The notes below the pieces were generated by a model. That model worked only from the letters and a program-made list of their open reading frames with translations. It did not search any database and had not been told where the DNA came from. From Escherichia coli (GTDB lineage: Bacteria; Pseudomonadota; Gammaproteobacteria; Enterobacterales; Enterobacteriaceae): 64,000 bases of DNA. The stretch lies in assembly GCF_009931435.1 (NCBI RefSeq), contig NZ_CP043414.1, one strand, 5' to 3'. Positions 10,426 to 19,077 of this stretch are shown here, in pieces (the first letter of the stretch is position 1; every line of letters begins with the position of its first letter). The translations under genes and the position numbers were made by a program.

Positions 10426-11332
10426 ACTTAGTAGAGATAAACGGAACTGTACTGCCGGGGATCATGGTATCGGGTAGCTTACCGTCCCAACGCTCAGCAG
10501 TGGTGAGGGCAACAAGTCCGGGATTATCCCGCAGAGCTTCACCGCGCAGGCGGATCGCTTCTGCTTCAGCCGCACTTTTTAAACGAATAGTTTCAGCCTC
10601 TGCCGCGCCTCTTACGCGAATAGTCTCAGCTTCTGCTTTGGCTGCCGCCAGTTTACTGTCTGCTTCTGCCTGGGCCTGAGTTACCGCTATTTGCGCCTGG
10701 ATTTTCTCTGTTTCCAGATTTTGCTTACGTGTGGCAATGGCGACTTCTGCTTTCATTCGATCTTCAATCGATTTTTCATAAGCGTCAGAAAAATCAATAT
10801 TTTCAATCTGGACACCATCAATCACCACCGGGCCAACAACGGCTTTACGCATTGCATTTTGCAGATCCTGAACCAGTTTTGTACGATCCTGTACCGCGCT
10901 GATGGCGGTATATTGGCCGAAAACGTTCTCCAGTTGGGTTGGCAGCTGGCGGACGATCAGACGCTCTTTTAAAGATTCAATGGTGTTGTAGGTTGTATAA
11001 ACTGCGCCAGCTTCTGAAGGCTTAATATGAAAACTAACCGACACGGTCATTTGTGCCGGTTGCTGGTCGCGGCTGTAGGCCTGTAATCCCTGATAAACCA
11101 CAGCCTGATTACGCGTGGAAATTTTCTCTACGCTTTCCATAAAAGGGATCTTAAAACCCAGACCCGGCTCGGCAACTTTTACGATTTTTCCGTAGCGCAG
11201 CAAAATGCCGCGTTCACCTTCATTAACGGTGTAATACGAGAGAAATGGCAGCACAACCACGGTAAGCACGCCAATGGCGATAGCAATAGATTTTTGTGGG
11301 CGAAATGAGGTTATTGAAACAGGCGCTTTCAT
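10424..11332 (-). CDS. SPFH/prohibitin (band 7) family membrane protein
   Basis: 302 aa. An N-terminal TM helix (IAIAIGVLTVVVLPFLSYY) is followed by an SPFH core (VNEGERGILLRYGKI...GLGFKIPF) and an Ala/Glu-rich coiled coil. RBS AAGGAAG lies 7 nt upstream. Confidence 0.85.
   Translation of the reverse strand: MKAPVSITSFRPQKSIAIAIGVLTVVVLPFLSYYTVNEGERGILLRYGKIVKVAEPGLGFKIPFMESVEKISTRNQAVVYQGLQAYSRDQQPAQMTVSVSFHIKPSEAGAVYTTYNTIESLKERLIVRQLPTQLENVFGQYTAISAVQDRTKLVQDLQNAMRKAVVGPVVIDGVQIENIDFSDAYEKSIEDRMKAEVAIATRKQNLETEKIQAQIAVTQAQAEADSKLAAAKAEAETIRVRGAAEAETIRLKSAAEAEAIRLRGEALRDNPGLVALTTAERWDGKLPDTMIPGSTVPFISTK
10538..10636 (-). repeat. 3 x 33-bp in-frame tandem repeat inside the SPFH gene
   Basis: The units translate as AEAETIRVRGA / AEAETIRLKSA / AEAEAIRLRGE. 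I verified this codon by codon. Confidence 0.9.
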
Positions 11333-11707
11333 GAGAATCTTCCTTGAGTAAAGTGTGGGAATATGTCACATGAGGTGAGGAGAAAACAGCCAACAGGTGA
11401 GAATTCAGAATCTATAAAGGGGGAGAGCGAAAAACATCGGCTAAAAAAGTATGTTTTCGAACATTCAATAGATAAATAGAGATATGCATCACAAATACAT
11501 AGGCAGATAAAACATTGGTTTTGTGATAAACATAACAAACACAAACTTGACTTTATAAGTATAAATTTCATGTTGTTGTTATTTAACATTTTATTATTTT
11601 GGTTCATGTTTTTTTTCTTCTCGCGTGCCCAATTGCTTTCATTAAATCGCACGAGTATTTTATTTTTACCGCCGGACGGTACCCTAAAAATAAAATAAGG
11701 ATAATTT

Positions 11708-12151
11708 ATGCGGCTTATTGATTATTTTCCAGAATCATCAATCTCAGTTATACATTCAGCAAAAGATTGGCAGGAAGCTATCAATTTCTCGATGGCATCA
11801 TTGCTGGATAAAAACTATATCAGCGAGAATTACATTCAGGCTATTAAAGATTCCACCATTAACAATGGCCCTTATTATATTCTCGCACCAGGCGTGGCAA
11901 TGCCTCATGCGCGACCGGAATGTGGGGCGCTTAAAACCGGGATGTCTTTGACGTTACTTAAACAAGGCGTTTATTTTCCGGGGAATGACGAACCGATTAA
12001 ATTACTTATCGGTCTTTCTGCTGCCGATGCCGATTCGCACATTGGCGCTATTCAGGCGTTAAGTGAATTGCTGTGCGAAGAAGAAATACTTGAACAACTC
12101 TTAACTGCAACATCAGAAAAACAATTAGCGGACATTATCAGCCGCGAATAA
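11708..12151 (+). CDS. cmtB: PTS mannitol-class EIIA (cryptic)
   Basis: 147 aa with the EIIA(Mtl/Fru) active-site region GVAMPHARPE. Confidence 0.9.
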   Translation: MRLIDYFPESSISVIHSAKDWQEAINFSMASLLDKNYISENYIQAIKDSTINNGPYYILAPGVAMPHARPECGALKTGMSLTLLKQGVYFPGNDEPIKLLIGLSAADADSHIGAIQALSELLCEEEILEQLLTATSEKQLADIISRE

Positions 12152-12178
12152 TGACTCTCTCCTCTACAGGATAATATT

Positions 12179-13567
12179 ATGGAAAACAAGTCTGCTCGTG
12201 CAAAGGTCCAGGCTTTTGGGGGCTTTTTGACGGCAATGGTCATCCCCAATATTGGTGCTTTTATTGCCTGGGGTTTTATTACTGCATTATTTATTCCTAC
12301 TGGTTGGCTGCCTAACGAACATTTCGCCAAAATTGTCGGCCCGATGATTACCTATTTATTGCCCGTAATGATTGGTTCTACCGGTGGCCATTTAGTCGGC
12401 GGTAAACGCGGCGCAGTCATGGGCGGAATAGGGACAATTGGTGTAATCGTCGGCGCAGAAATCCCGATGTTCCTTGGTTCAATGATCATGGGACCGTTAG
12501 GTGGGCTGGTCATAAAATATGTCGATAAGGCACTGGAAAAACGCATACCTGCTGGTTTTGAGATGGTTATCAATAACTTCTCATTAGGTATCACCGGGAT
12601 GCTCCTTTGTCTGCTGGGTTTTGAAGTTATCGGCCCGGCGGTGTTAATTGCCAATACTTTCGTCAAAGAGTGTATTGAGGCGCTGGTACATGCGGGCTAT
12701 CTGCCTTTGCTGTCAGTCATCAATGAACCGGCGAAAGTGCTTTTCCTCAATAACGCGATAGATCAGGGCGTCTATTACCCGTTGGGGATGCAACAGGCTT
12801 CAGTTAACGGTAAATCCATCTTCTTTATGGTGGCGTCCAACCCTGGGCCTGGCTTAGGACTGCTGCTGGCGTTTACTTTGTTTGGTAAAGGGATGAGTAA
12901 ACGTTCTGCGCCCGGGGCGATGATTATTCACTTCCTCGGTGGGATCCACGAACTGTATTTCCCGTATGTGCTGATGAAGCCGCTGACCATTATTGCCATG
13001 ATTGCCGGCGGTATGTCTGGCACCTGGATGTTTAACTTACTGGACGGTGGTCTGGTGGCTGGTCCAAGTCCGGGGTCTATCTTTGCTTACCTTGCACTGA
13101 CGCCGAAAGGCTCGTTCCTGGCGACAATTGCCGGTGTTACGGTAGGTACCCTGGTGTCCTTTGCTATCACTTCCGTAATACTGAAGATGGAAAAAACGGT
13201 GGAAACGGAGAGCGAAGATGAGTTTGTGCAGTCCGCCAATGCGGTTAAGGCGATGAAACAAGAAGGTACATTCTCGTTAAGCCGGGTTAAGCGTATCGCC
13301 TTTGTTTGCGATGCGGGAATGGGCTCTAGCGCGATGGGCGCAACCACCTTCCGTAAGCGCCTGGAAAAAGCGGGGCTGGCAATAGAAGTAAAACATTACG
13401 CGATAGAAAACGTGCCTGCAGATGTGGATATCGTCGTTACTCACGCTAGTCTGGAAGGGCGCGTGAAACGTGTGACGGATAAACCGCTGATATTGATTAA
13501 TAACTATATTGGCGATCCCAAACTCGACACTTTATTTAATCAATTAACCGCTGAACATAAAAACTGA
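12179..13567 (+). CDS. cmtA: PTS mannitol-class EIICB (cryptic)
   Basis: 462 aa. An EIIC membrane domain is followed by a C-terminal EIIB Cys loop (IAFVCDAGMGSSAMGA). Confidence 0.9.
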   Translation: MENKSARAKVQAFGGFLTAMVIPNIGAFIAWGFITALFIPTGWLPNEHFAKIVGPMITYLLPVMIGSTGGHLVGGKRGAVMGGIGTIGVIVGAEIPMFLGSMIMGPLGGLVIKYVDKALEKRIPAGFEMVINNFSLGITGMLLCLLGFEVIGPAVLIANTFVKECIEALVHAGYLPLLSVINEPAKVLFLNNAIDQGVYYPLGMQQASVNGKSIFFMVASNPGPGLGLLLAFTLFGKGMSKRSAPGAMIIHFLGGIHELYFPYVLMKPLTIIAMIAGGMSGTWMFNLLDGGLVAGPSPGSIFAYLALTPKGSFLATIAGVTVGTLVSFAITSVILKMEKTVETESEDEFVQSANAVKAMKQEGTFSLSRVKRIAFVCDAGMGSSAMGATTFRKRLEKAGLAIEVKHYAIENVPADVDIVVTHASLEGRVKRVTDKPLILINNYIGDPKLDTLFNQLTAEHKN

Positions 13568-13581
13568 TTGCCGAGGTAAAA

Positions 13582-14859
13582 ATGAAAACCAAAGTTGTTG
13601 CTATTTATGGCAAGCGGGATGTCCGTCTGCGCGAATTTGAACTGCCCAAAATTACCGATAATGAACTGCTGGTGAGTGTAATTTCTGACAGTGTGTGTTT
13701 ATCGACCTGGAAAGCGGCGTTACTCGGTAGCGAACATAAACGCGTGCCCGACGATTTAGAAAATCATCCGGTCATTACCGGGCATGAATGTGCCGGGATT
13801 ATTGTTGAAGTGGGGAAAAATCTTACCGACAAATATAAAAAAGGCCAACGTTTTGTATTGCAACCGGCGATGGGGCTACCAAGCGGGTATTCTGCGGGAT
13901 ACAGCTACGAATATTTTGGCGGTAACGCCACCTATATGATTATTCCAGAGGTAGCCATTAATTTGGGCTGCGTATTACCGTATCACGGATCTTATTTTGC
14001 TGCGGCGTCGCTGGCAGAGCCGATGTGCTGCATTATTGGCGCTTATCATGCCAATTATCACACCACGCAATATGTTTATGAGCATCGCATGGGCGTCAAA
14101 CCTGGCGGCAATATTGCGCTGCTGGCGTGTGCGGGCCCGATGGGGATAGGCGCTATCGATTACGCTATTCACGGCGGCATACAACCGTCGCGGGTAGTGG
14201 TGGTCGATATCGACGACAAACGCCTGGCACAGGTGCAGAAGCTGCTGCCGGTGGAGCTGGCGGCCAGCAAAGGCATTGAGCTGATATATGTGAATACCAA
14301 AGGAATGGCCGATCCGGTACAGAAGCTGCGGGCGCTGACAGGAGATGCTGGGTTCGATGACATTTTTGTTTATGCGGCGGTGCCTGCTGTCGTTGAGATG
14401 GCTGACGAATTACTGGCGGAAGATGGCTGCCTGAACTTCTTTGCCGGGCCGACGGATAAAAACTTCAAAGTGCCGTTTAATTTCTACAACGTCCATTACA
14501 ACAGCACGCACGTCGTCGGTACATCGGGTGGTTCAACGGACGATATGAAAGAGGCGATTGCCCTGAGCGCCACGGGGCAGTTGCAACCGTCGTTTATGGT
14601 GACGCATATCGGTGGCCTGGATGCAGTGCCAGAAACCGTTCTCAATTTACCGGATATCCCCGGTGGTAAAAAACTCATTTACAACGGCGTTACCATGCCG
14701 CTCACCGCCATTGCCGATTTTGCCGAAAAAGGCAAAACCGATCCGCTGTTTAAAGAGCTGGCGCGGTTAGTTGAGGAAACGCACGGCATCTGGAATGAAC
14801 AGGCCGAGAAATATCTGCTGGCACAATTTGGCGTTGATATCGGGGAGGCCGCGCAATGA
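13582..14859 (+). CDS. yggP: Zn-dependent medium-chain dehydrogenase, sorbose-1-phosphate-reductase-like
   Basis: 425 aa with the GHECAG zinc motif. The reading frame is intact. Confidence 0.85.
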   Translation: MKTKVVAIYGKRDVRLREFELPKITDNELLVSVISDSVCLSTWKAALLGSEHKRVPDDLENHPVITGHECAGIIVEVGKNLTDKYKKGQRFVLQPAMGLPSGYSAGYSYEYFGGNATYMIIPEVAINLGCVLPYHGSYFAAASLAEPMCCIIGAYHANYHTTQYVYEHRMGVKPGGNIALLACAGPMGIGAIDYAIHGGIQPSRVVVVDIDDKRLAQVQKLLPVELAASKGIELIYVNTKGMADPVQKLRALTGDAGFDDIFVYAAVPAVVEMADELLAEDGCLNFFAGPTDKNFKVPFNFYNVHYNSTHVVGTSGGSTDDMKEAIALSATGQLQPSFMVTHIGGLDAVPETVLNLPDIPGGKKLIYNGVTMPLTAIADFAEKGKTDPLFKELARLVEETHGIWNEQAEKYLLAQFGVDIGEAAQ

Positions 14860-15821
14860 TGTCCCTGGCGTGGCCATTATTTCGCGTTACGGAGCAGGCA
14901 GCGTTGGCTGCCTGGCCGCAAACCGGATGTGGCAACAAAAATAAAATTGATGGCCTGGCGGTCACCGCGATGCGCCAGGCATTAAACGATGTCGCTTTTC
15001 GTGGGCGAGTGGTTATCGGCGAGGGAGAAATTGACCATGCGCCGATGCTGTGGATTGGCGAAGAGGTGGGCAAAGGCGATGGGCCAGAAGTCGATATCGC
15101 GGTTGATCCCATTGAAGGTACGCGGATGGTGGCGATGGGGCAGAGCAATGCGCTGGCGGTCATGGCTTTCGCCCCTCGAGATAGCCTGTTACACGCGCCC
15201 GATATGTATATGAAAAAACTGGTTGTTAATCGGCTGGCGGCGGGCGCGATTGATCTGTCTTTGCCTCTGGCGGACAACTTGCGCAACGTGGCGAAAGCGT
15301 TGGGCAAACCGCTGGACCAGCTACGTATGGTTACGCTAGATAAACCGCGCCTGAGAGCCGCAATTGAGGAAGCGACACAACTGGGCGTGAAGGTTTTTGC
15401 CCTGCCGGATGGCGATGTCGCCGCCAGCGTGCTGACCTGCTGGCAAGATAATCCTTACGACGTGATGTACACCATCGGTGGCGCGCCGGAAGGTGTTATT
15501 TCTGCCTGTGCTGTTAAAGCATTGGGTGGGGATATGCAGGCCGAGCTGATTGATTTTTGTCAGGCAAAAGGGGATTACACGGAAAATCGGCAGATTGCAG
15601 AGCAGGAGCGCAAGCGTTGCAAGGAAATGGGCGTTGACGTTAACCGTGTGTACTCGCTCGATGAACTGGTGAGGGGGAACGATATCCTCTTTAGCGCTAC
15701 GGGCGTGACGGGCGGTGAGTTGGTGAACGGTATCCAACAGACGGCGAATGGGGTGCGGACGCAGACATTACTGATCGGCGGCGCGGACCAAACGTGTAAT
15801 ATAATAGACTCCCTGCATTGA
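14856..15821 (+). CDS. yggF: class II (GlpX-type) fructose-1,6-bisphosphatase
   Basis: 321 aa with an ATGA overlap with yggP. Confidence 0.9.
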   Translation: MMSLAWPLFRVTEQAALAAWPQTGCGNKNKIDGLAVTAMRQALNDVAFRGRVVIGEGEIDHAPMLWIGEEVGKGDGPEVDIAVDPIEGTRMVAMGQSNALAVMAFAPRDSLLHAPDMYMKKLVVNRLAAGAIDLSLPLADNLRNVAKALGKPLDQLRMVTLDKPRLRAAIEEATQLGVKVFALPDGDVAASVLTCWQDNPYDVMYTIGGAPEGVISACAVKALGGDMQAELIDFCQAKGDYTENRQIAEQERKRCKEMGVDVNRVYSLDELVRGNDILFSATGVTGGELVNGIQQTANGVRTQTLLIGGADQTCNIIDSLH

Positions 15822-15842
15822 TGGTGATCTATCGGAAGACCA

Positions 15843-16352
15843 ATGGCGACGCTGACAGAAGATGATGTGCTTGAGCAACTGGACGCACAGGACAATTTAT
15901 TGTCATTTATGAGAACTACACATGTCATTTTGCTCCAGGGGATACGCCAGTTTCTGCCGTCGCTGTTTGTCGATAATGATGAAGAGATCGTGGAATATGC
16001 AGTGAAGCCGTTACTCGCTCAAAGCGGCCCGCTTGACGATATTGATGTTGCGCTACGTTTGATTTTTGCGCTGGGGAAAATGGACAAATGGCTGTATGCC
16101 GATATCACGCACTTTTCCCAGTTCTGGCATTACCTGAATGAACAGGATGAAACGCCCGGATTTGCCGATGACATTACCTGGGATTTTATCAGCAACGTCA
16201 ATAGCATAACCCGCAATGCGACGCTCTATGACGCGTTAAAAGCGATGAAGTTCGCTGATTTCGCCGTCTGGTCAGAGGTGCGTTTTAGTGGGATGGTCAA
16301 AACGGCGCTGACGCTGGCAGTAACGACCACCTTAAAGGAATTAACGCCGTGA
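15843..16352 (+). CDS. yggD: MtlR-family protein YggD
   Basis: 169 aa (MATLTEDDVLEQLDAQDN...). Confidence 0.85.
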   Translation: MATLTEDDVLEQLDAQDNLLSFMRTTHVILLQGIRQFLPSLFVDNDEEIVEYAVKPLLAQSGPLDDIDVALRLIFALGKMDKWLYADITHFSQFWHYLNEQDETPGFADDITWDFISNVNSITRNATLYDALKAMKFADFAVWSEVRFSGMVKTALTLAVTTTLKELTP

Positions 16353-17062
16353 AAATCGAACTGACGGTGAATGGATTGAAGGTACAGGCGCAGTACCCGA
16401 ACGAAGAGATTGAAAATGTGCATAAACCGTTGCTGCGTATGCTGGCAGCCTTACAGACGGTAAATCCGCAGCGGCGTACCGTGGTTTTTCTTTGCGCTCC
16501 GCCGGGGACGGGTAAATCTACCCTAACCACTTTCTGGGAATATCTCGCGCAACAAGACCCGGAACTACCCGCTATTCAGACGCTGCCGATGGATGGTTTT
16601 CACCATTACAATAGCTGGCTGGATGCGCATCAATTGCGCCCCTTTAAAGGCGCACCAGAGACATTCGATGTGGCAAAACTGGCGGAAAATCTGCGCCAGG
16701 TAATGGAAGGGGATTGTACGTGGCCGCAGTACGATCGACAAAAGCATGATCCTGTTGAAGATGCGTTGCACGTTACCGCACCACTCGTCATCGTCGAAGG
16801 AAACTGGTTGTTGCTGGATGACGAGAAGTGGCGCCAGCTTGCGCAATTTTGTGATTTCTCGATCTTTATCAACGCGCCAGCTACTGCGTTGCGGGAACGA
16901 CTGGTGGGGCGCAAGCTGGCGGGAGGGTTATCGCTGGCAGACGCAGAAGCCTTTTATGACCGTACCGATGGGCCGAATGTTCGCCGGGTGCTGGAAGAGA
17001 GTCTGCCTGCAAATTTGACCTTAATGATGACCGCTACGGGTGAATATCGTCTGGTGGATTAA
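16349..17062 (+). CDS. yggC: P-loop kinase-like protein YggC
   Basis: 237 aa with a GTGA overlap with yggD and Walker A CAPPGTGKST. Confidence 0.85.
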   Translation: MKIELTVNGLKVQAQYPNEEIENVHKPLLRMLAALQTVNPQRRTVVFLCAPPGTGKSTLTTFWEYLAQQDPELPAIQTLPMDGFHHYNSWLDAHQLRPFKGAPETFDVAKLAENLRQVMEGDCTWPQYDRQKHDPVEDALHVTAPLVIVEGNWLLLDDEKWRQLAQFCDFSIFINAPATALRERLVGRKLAGGLSLADAEAFYDRTDGPNVRRVLEESLPANLTLMMTATGEYRLVD

Positions 17063-17711
17063 CGTTCCTGATTACACCATCTTCCAGTCGCACCACACGA
17101 GAGAAATGACGCCGGGTAAATGCGGCGTCATGACTGATTGCTACGACGCTCGTGCCTCGCTGGCGGCACTTTTCCAGCCAGCTTTCAAACACGCTCATCC
17201 AATTTTCGTCAAAATCCCGACTCGGCTCGTCCAGCAGCAATAGCGGCGGAGAGAGTGCTTCCAGGCAGGCGACGGCGACCATCCGTCGCTGCGCACTATG
17301 CAGATCTAACGGATGCGCGCTGGCAGTGTCTGCTAACTGACAGCATTGCAGGGCAGCATTGGTACGTTGAGTGATTTCATCCGCCAGGCATTTTTGCAGT
17401 TTCAAACCAAATGCGATCTCGTCAGCGACGGTGCTGTGAAAAAGCTGGTTTTCCGCTTCCTGAAACAGTACGCCAATCTTTGCTGCACGTTGGCGGTTTT
17501 TCAGGTTTTTCATCGCCTGTTGTTGCAGCATAACCGTACCGGCTGTGGGCGTAAGAAGACCTGCCATTACTCGTAACAGCGTCGATTTTCCCGCGCCATT
17601 GTCGCCGGTCAGCGCCAACCATTCACCTTGTTTGAGTTGCAGAGAAATGTCGCAAAGACAATCCGTTGCCGCGCCAGGCCAGCGATAAGACATCTGATTT
17701 AACGTTAACAT
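17034..17711 (-). CDS. ABC ATPase (ECF A'-like) with degenerate signature motif
   Basis: The start was moved to ATG 17711 (MLTLNQ...), which overlaps the upstream TAA by 7 nt. It has Walker A GDNGAGKST, Walker B LLLLDEP and H-loop ISHD, but LHSAQRR where LSGGQ is expected. Its 3' end overlaps the yggC 3' end by 29 nt. Confidence 0.8.
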   Translation of the reverse strand: MLTLNQMSYRWPGAATDCLCDISLQLKQGEWLALTGDNGAGKSTLLRVMAGLLTPTAGTVMLQQQAMKNLKNRQRAAKIGVLFQEAENQLFHSTVADEIAFGLKLQKCLADEITQRTNAALQCCQLADTASAHPLDLHSAQRRMVAVACLEALSPPLLLLDEPSRDFDENWMSVFESWLEKCRQRGTSVVAISHDAAFTRRHFSRVVRLEDGVIRNVNPPDDIHP

Positions 17712-18382
17712 AGTGGCTGGAGCGCTCCGTTTTGCAATTGCCACGCTTGCTGGCAGTAGTTCAGGAAAGGTGTGCGATGACGTTCAAAAAGAATAATCAG
17801 CGAACCACGTTCAAACGCCCAGTGTTGTAAGCGCTGCAACAGCATTTCGCTGGCCTGCGGCGTCAGGCGACTAAAGGCTTCATCAAGAATTAATAGTTTT
17901 GGCTGCATCGCGATGGCGCAGGCGATGACCACGCGCTGTGTCTCTCCACCGGAGAGTGTTGCCGGGTGACGATGGCGCAACGGCTGGCACTCGGTCAGAG
18001 TCAGGGCAGCATCAATCCGCGCCATAATCTCCTCTTCAGCAAGACACAGATTTTCTGGCCCAAAGGCAACTTCTTCTTCCACGCTAAAGGTACAGCCGGA
18101 GAGCTGCAAATAGGGCGATTGCTGAACGAGCTGGATGGTGGCGGATTGTTCATTAAGCGGGAGATACCCAATGGGCGTACCGAGAAGCGTCCCCGTGCCG
18201 GTTATCTCTCCTGGCAGAAAGTCCGGATACCAGCCCGCCATCAGTTGCGCCAGCGTACTTTTGCCACTGCCGTTGTCACCAAAGATGGCGACTATCCCCG
18301 GTTTGACATAGTGAAAGTCATAACAGAACGGAGGGTGCGTTGAGTGTGTCGGGCAATAGCGAAACTGTTCTAACGTAACCAT
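17705..18382 (-). CDS. ABC ATPase (ECF A-like)
   Basis: It has Walker A GDNGSGKST, signature LSGGETQR and Walker B LLILDEA. The start is ATG 18382 or GTG 18388, and it overlaps the stop of the T-component gene. Confidence 0.8.
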   Translation of the reverse strand: MVTLEQFRYCPTHSTHPPFCYDFHYVKPGIVAIFGDNGSGKSTLAQLMAGWYPDFLPGEITGTGTLLGTPIGYLPLNEQSATIQLVQQSPYLQLSGCTFSVEEEVAFGPENLCLAEEEIMARIDAALTLTECQPLRHRHPATLSGGETQRVVIACAIAMQPKLLILDEAFSRLTPQASEMLLQRLQHWAFERGSLIILFERHRTPFLNYCQQAWQLQNGALQPLC

Positions 18383-19077
18383 ATCCACGCTCCGAATTCT
18401 GCCAGCATCAGCAAGATCATGGCGTAACGTGCCACTTTTTCCAGGTTACTGTCAGGCGGTGCCCATAACGTAGTGCGCCGGTTGTGGATCCGAAATGCCC
18501 GCATATCCAGCGCCGCACCACGGATAGCCAGATCGTTTAGCGCATTGTGTGTTAGCGGAATAATTAGCGCGGGTATAGCACGTAAACGCTGATACCAGCC
18601 CTCATCCAGCGGCACCCCACGGGCGCGCTGCGCTTCATGAATAATCGCTAATTGCCGTTTTAACTGCTCAACGACCAACAAAGGCCCAGCGAACAGATAA
18701 GCGACGCCCGGCGGCAGGCGAGAAGCAAACAAAGCGCGGATAAAACGTTGCACTGGGACGAATTGCATCCACAACTGCGAGGTTGAAACAATCGCCAGAA
18801 TCCGCAACCAGAGCGTAATAGCATGCGTCCACCGTTCTGGCGAGCGTGGCGTGCCGCTTAGCCATTCTGTCAGCCAGCCACCGTGTACCAGCCACAGTCC
18901 AGCCCCCAGCGAGAACATCAGCCAGACAACATATTTTACCCGCCGCCGCGTGGCCTTTAGCGCAATAAGGCAGAAAAAGGTCGCCGCGCTATAGAATGGC
19001 AGTATTGTCTGTGTGGGCAGGATAAGCGTGGTGCAGGCCGCCAGCGCCCACAGCGTTAGGGATGTAAACGGATGCAT
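18370..19077 (-). CDS. EcfT/CbiQ-like transmembrane (T) component
   Basis: 235 aa with multiple hydrophobic helices. It carries an EAQRARG motif resembling the conserved Ala-Arg-Gly coupling helix of EcfT. Its ATG directly follows the TAA of the S-component gene. Confidence 0.7.
   Translation of the reverse strand: MHPFTSLTLWALAACTTLILPTQTILPFYSAATFFCLIALKATRRRVKYVVWLMFSLGAGLWLVHGGWLTEWLSGTPRSPERWTHAITLWLRILAIVSTSQLWMQFVPVQRFIRALFASRLPPGVAYLFAGPLLVVEQLKRQLAIIHEAQRARGVPLDEGWYQRLRAIPALIIPLTHNALNDLAIRGAALDMRAFRIHNRRTTLWAPPDSNLEKVARYAMILLMLAEFGAWIWLR

Noticed and set aside
11329-11652. 107-aa ORF upstream of the SPFH gene, ending in an ATGA overlap with its start codon. I considered it as a possible NfeD-like partner.
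   Set aside because: It lies in the extremely AT-rich spacer. It is Asn/Lys/Cys-rich and low-complexity, with no NfeD-like OB-fold or TM pattern and no convincing RBS. Conservation of the frame in orthologous loci or ribosome-profiling signal would change my mind.
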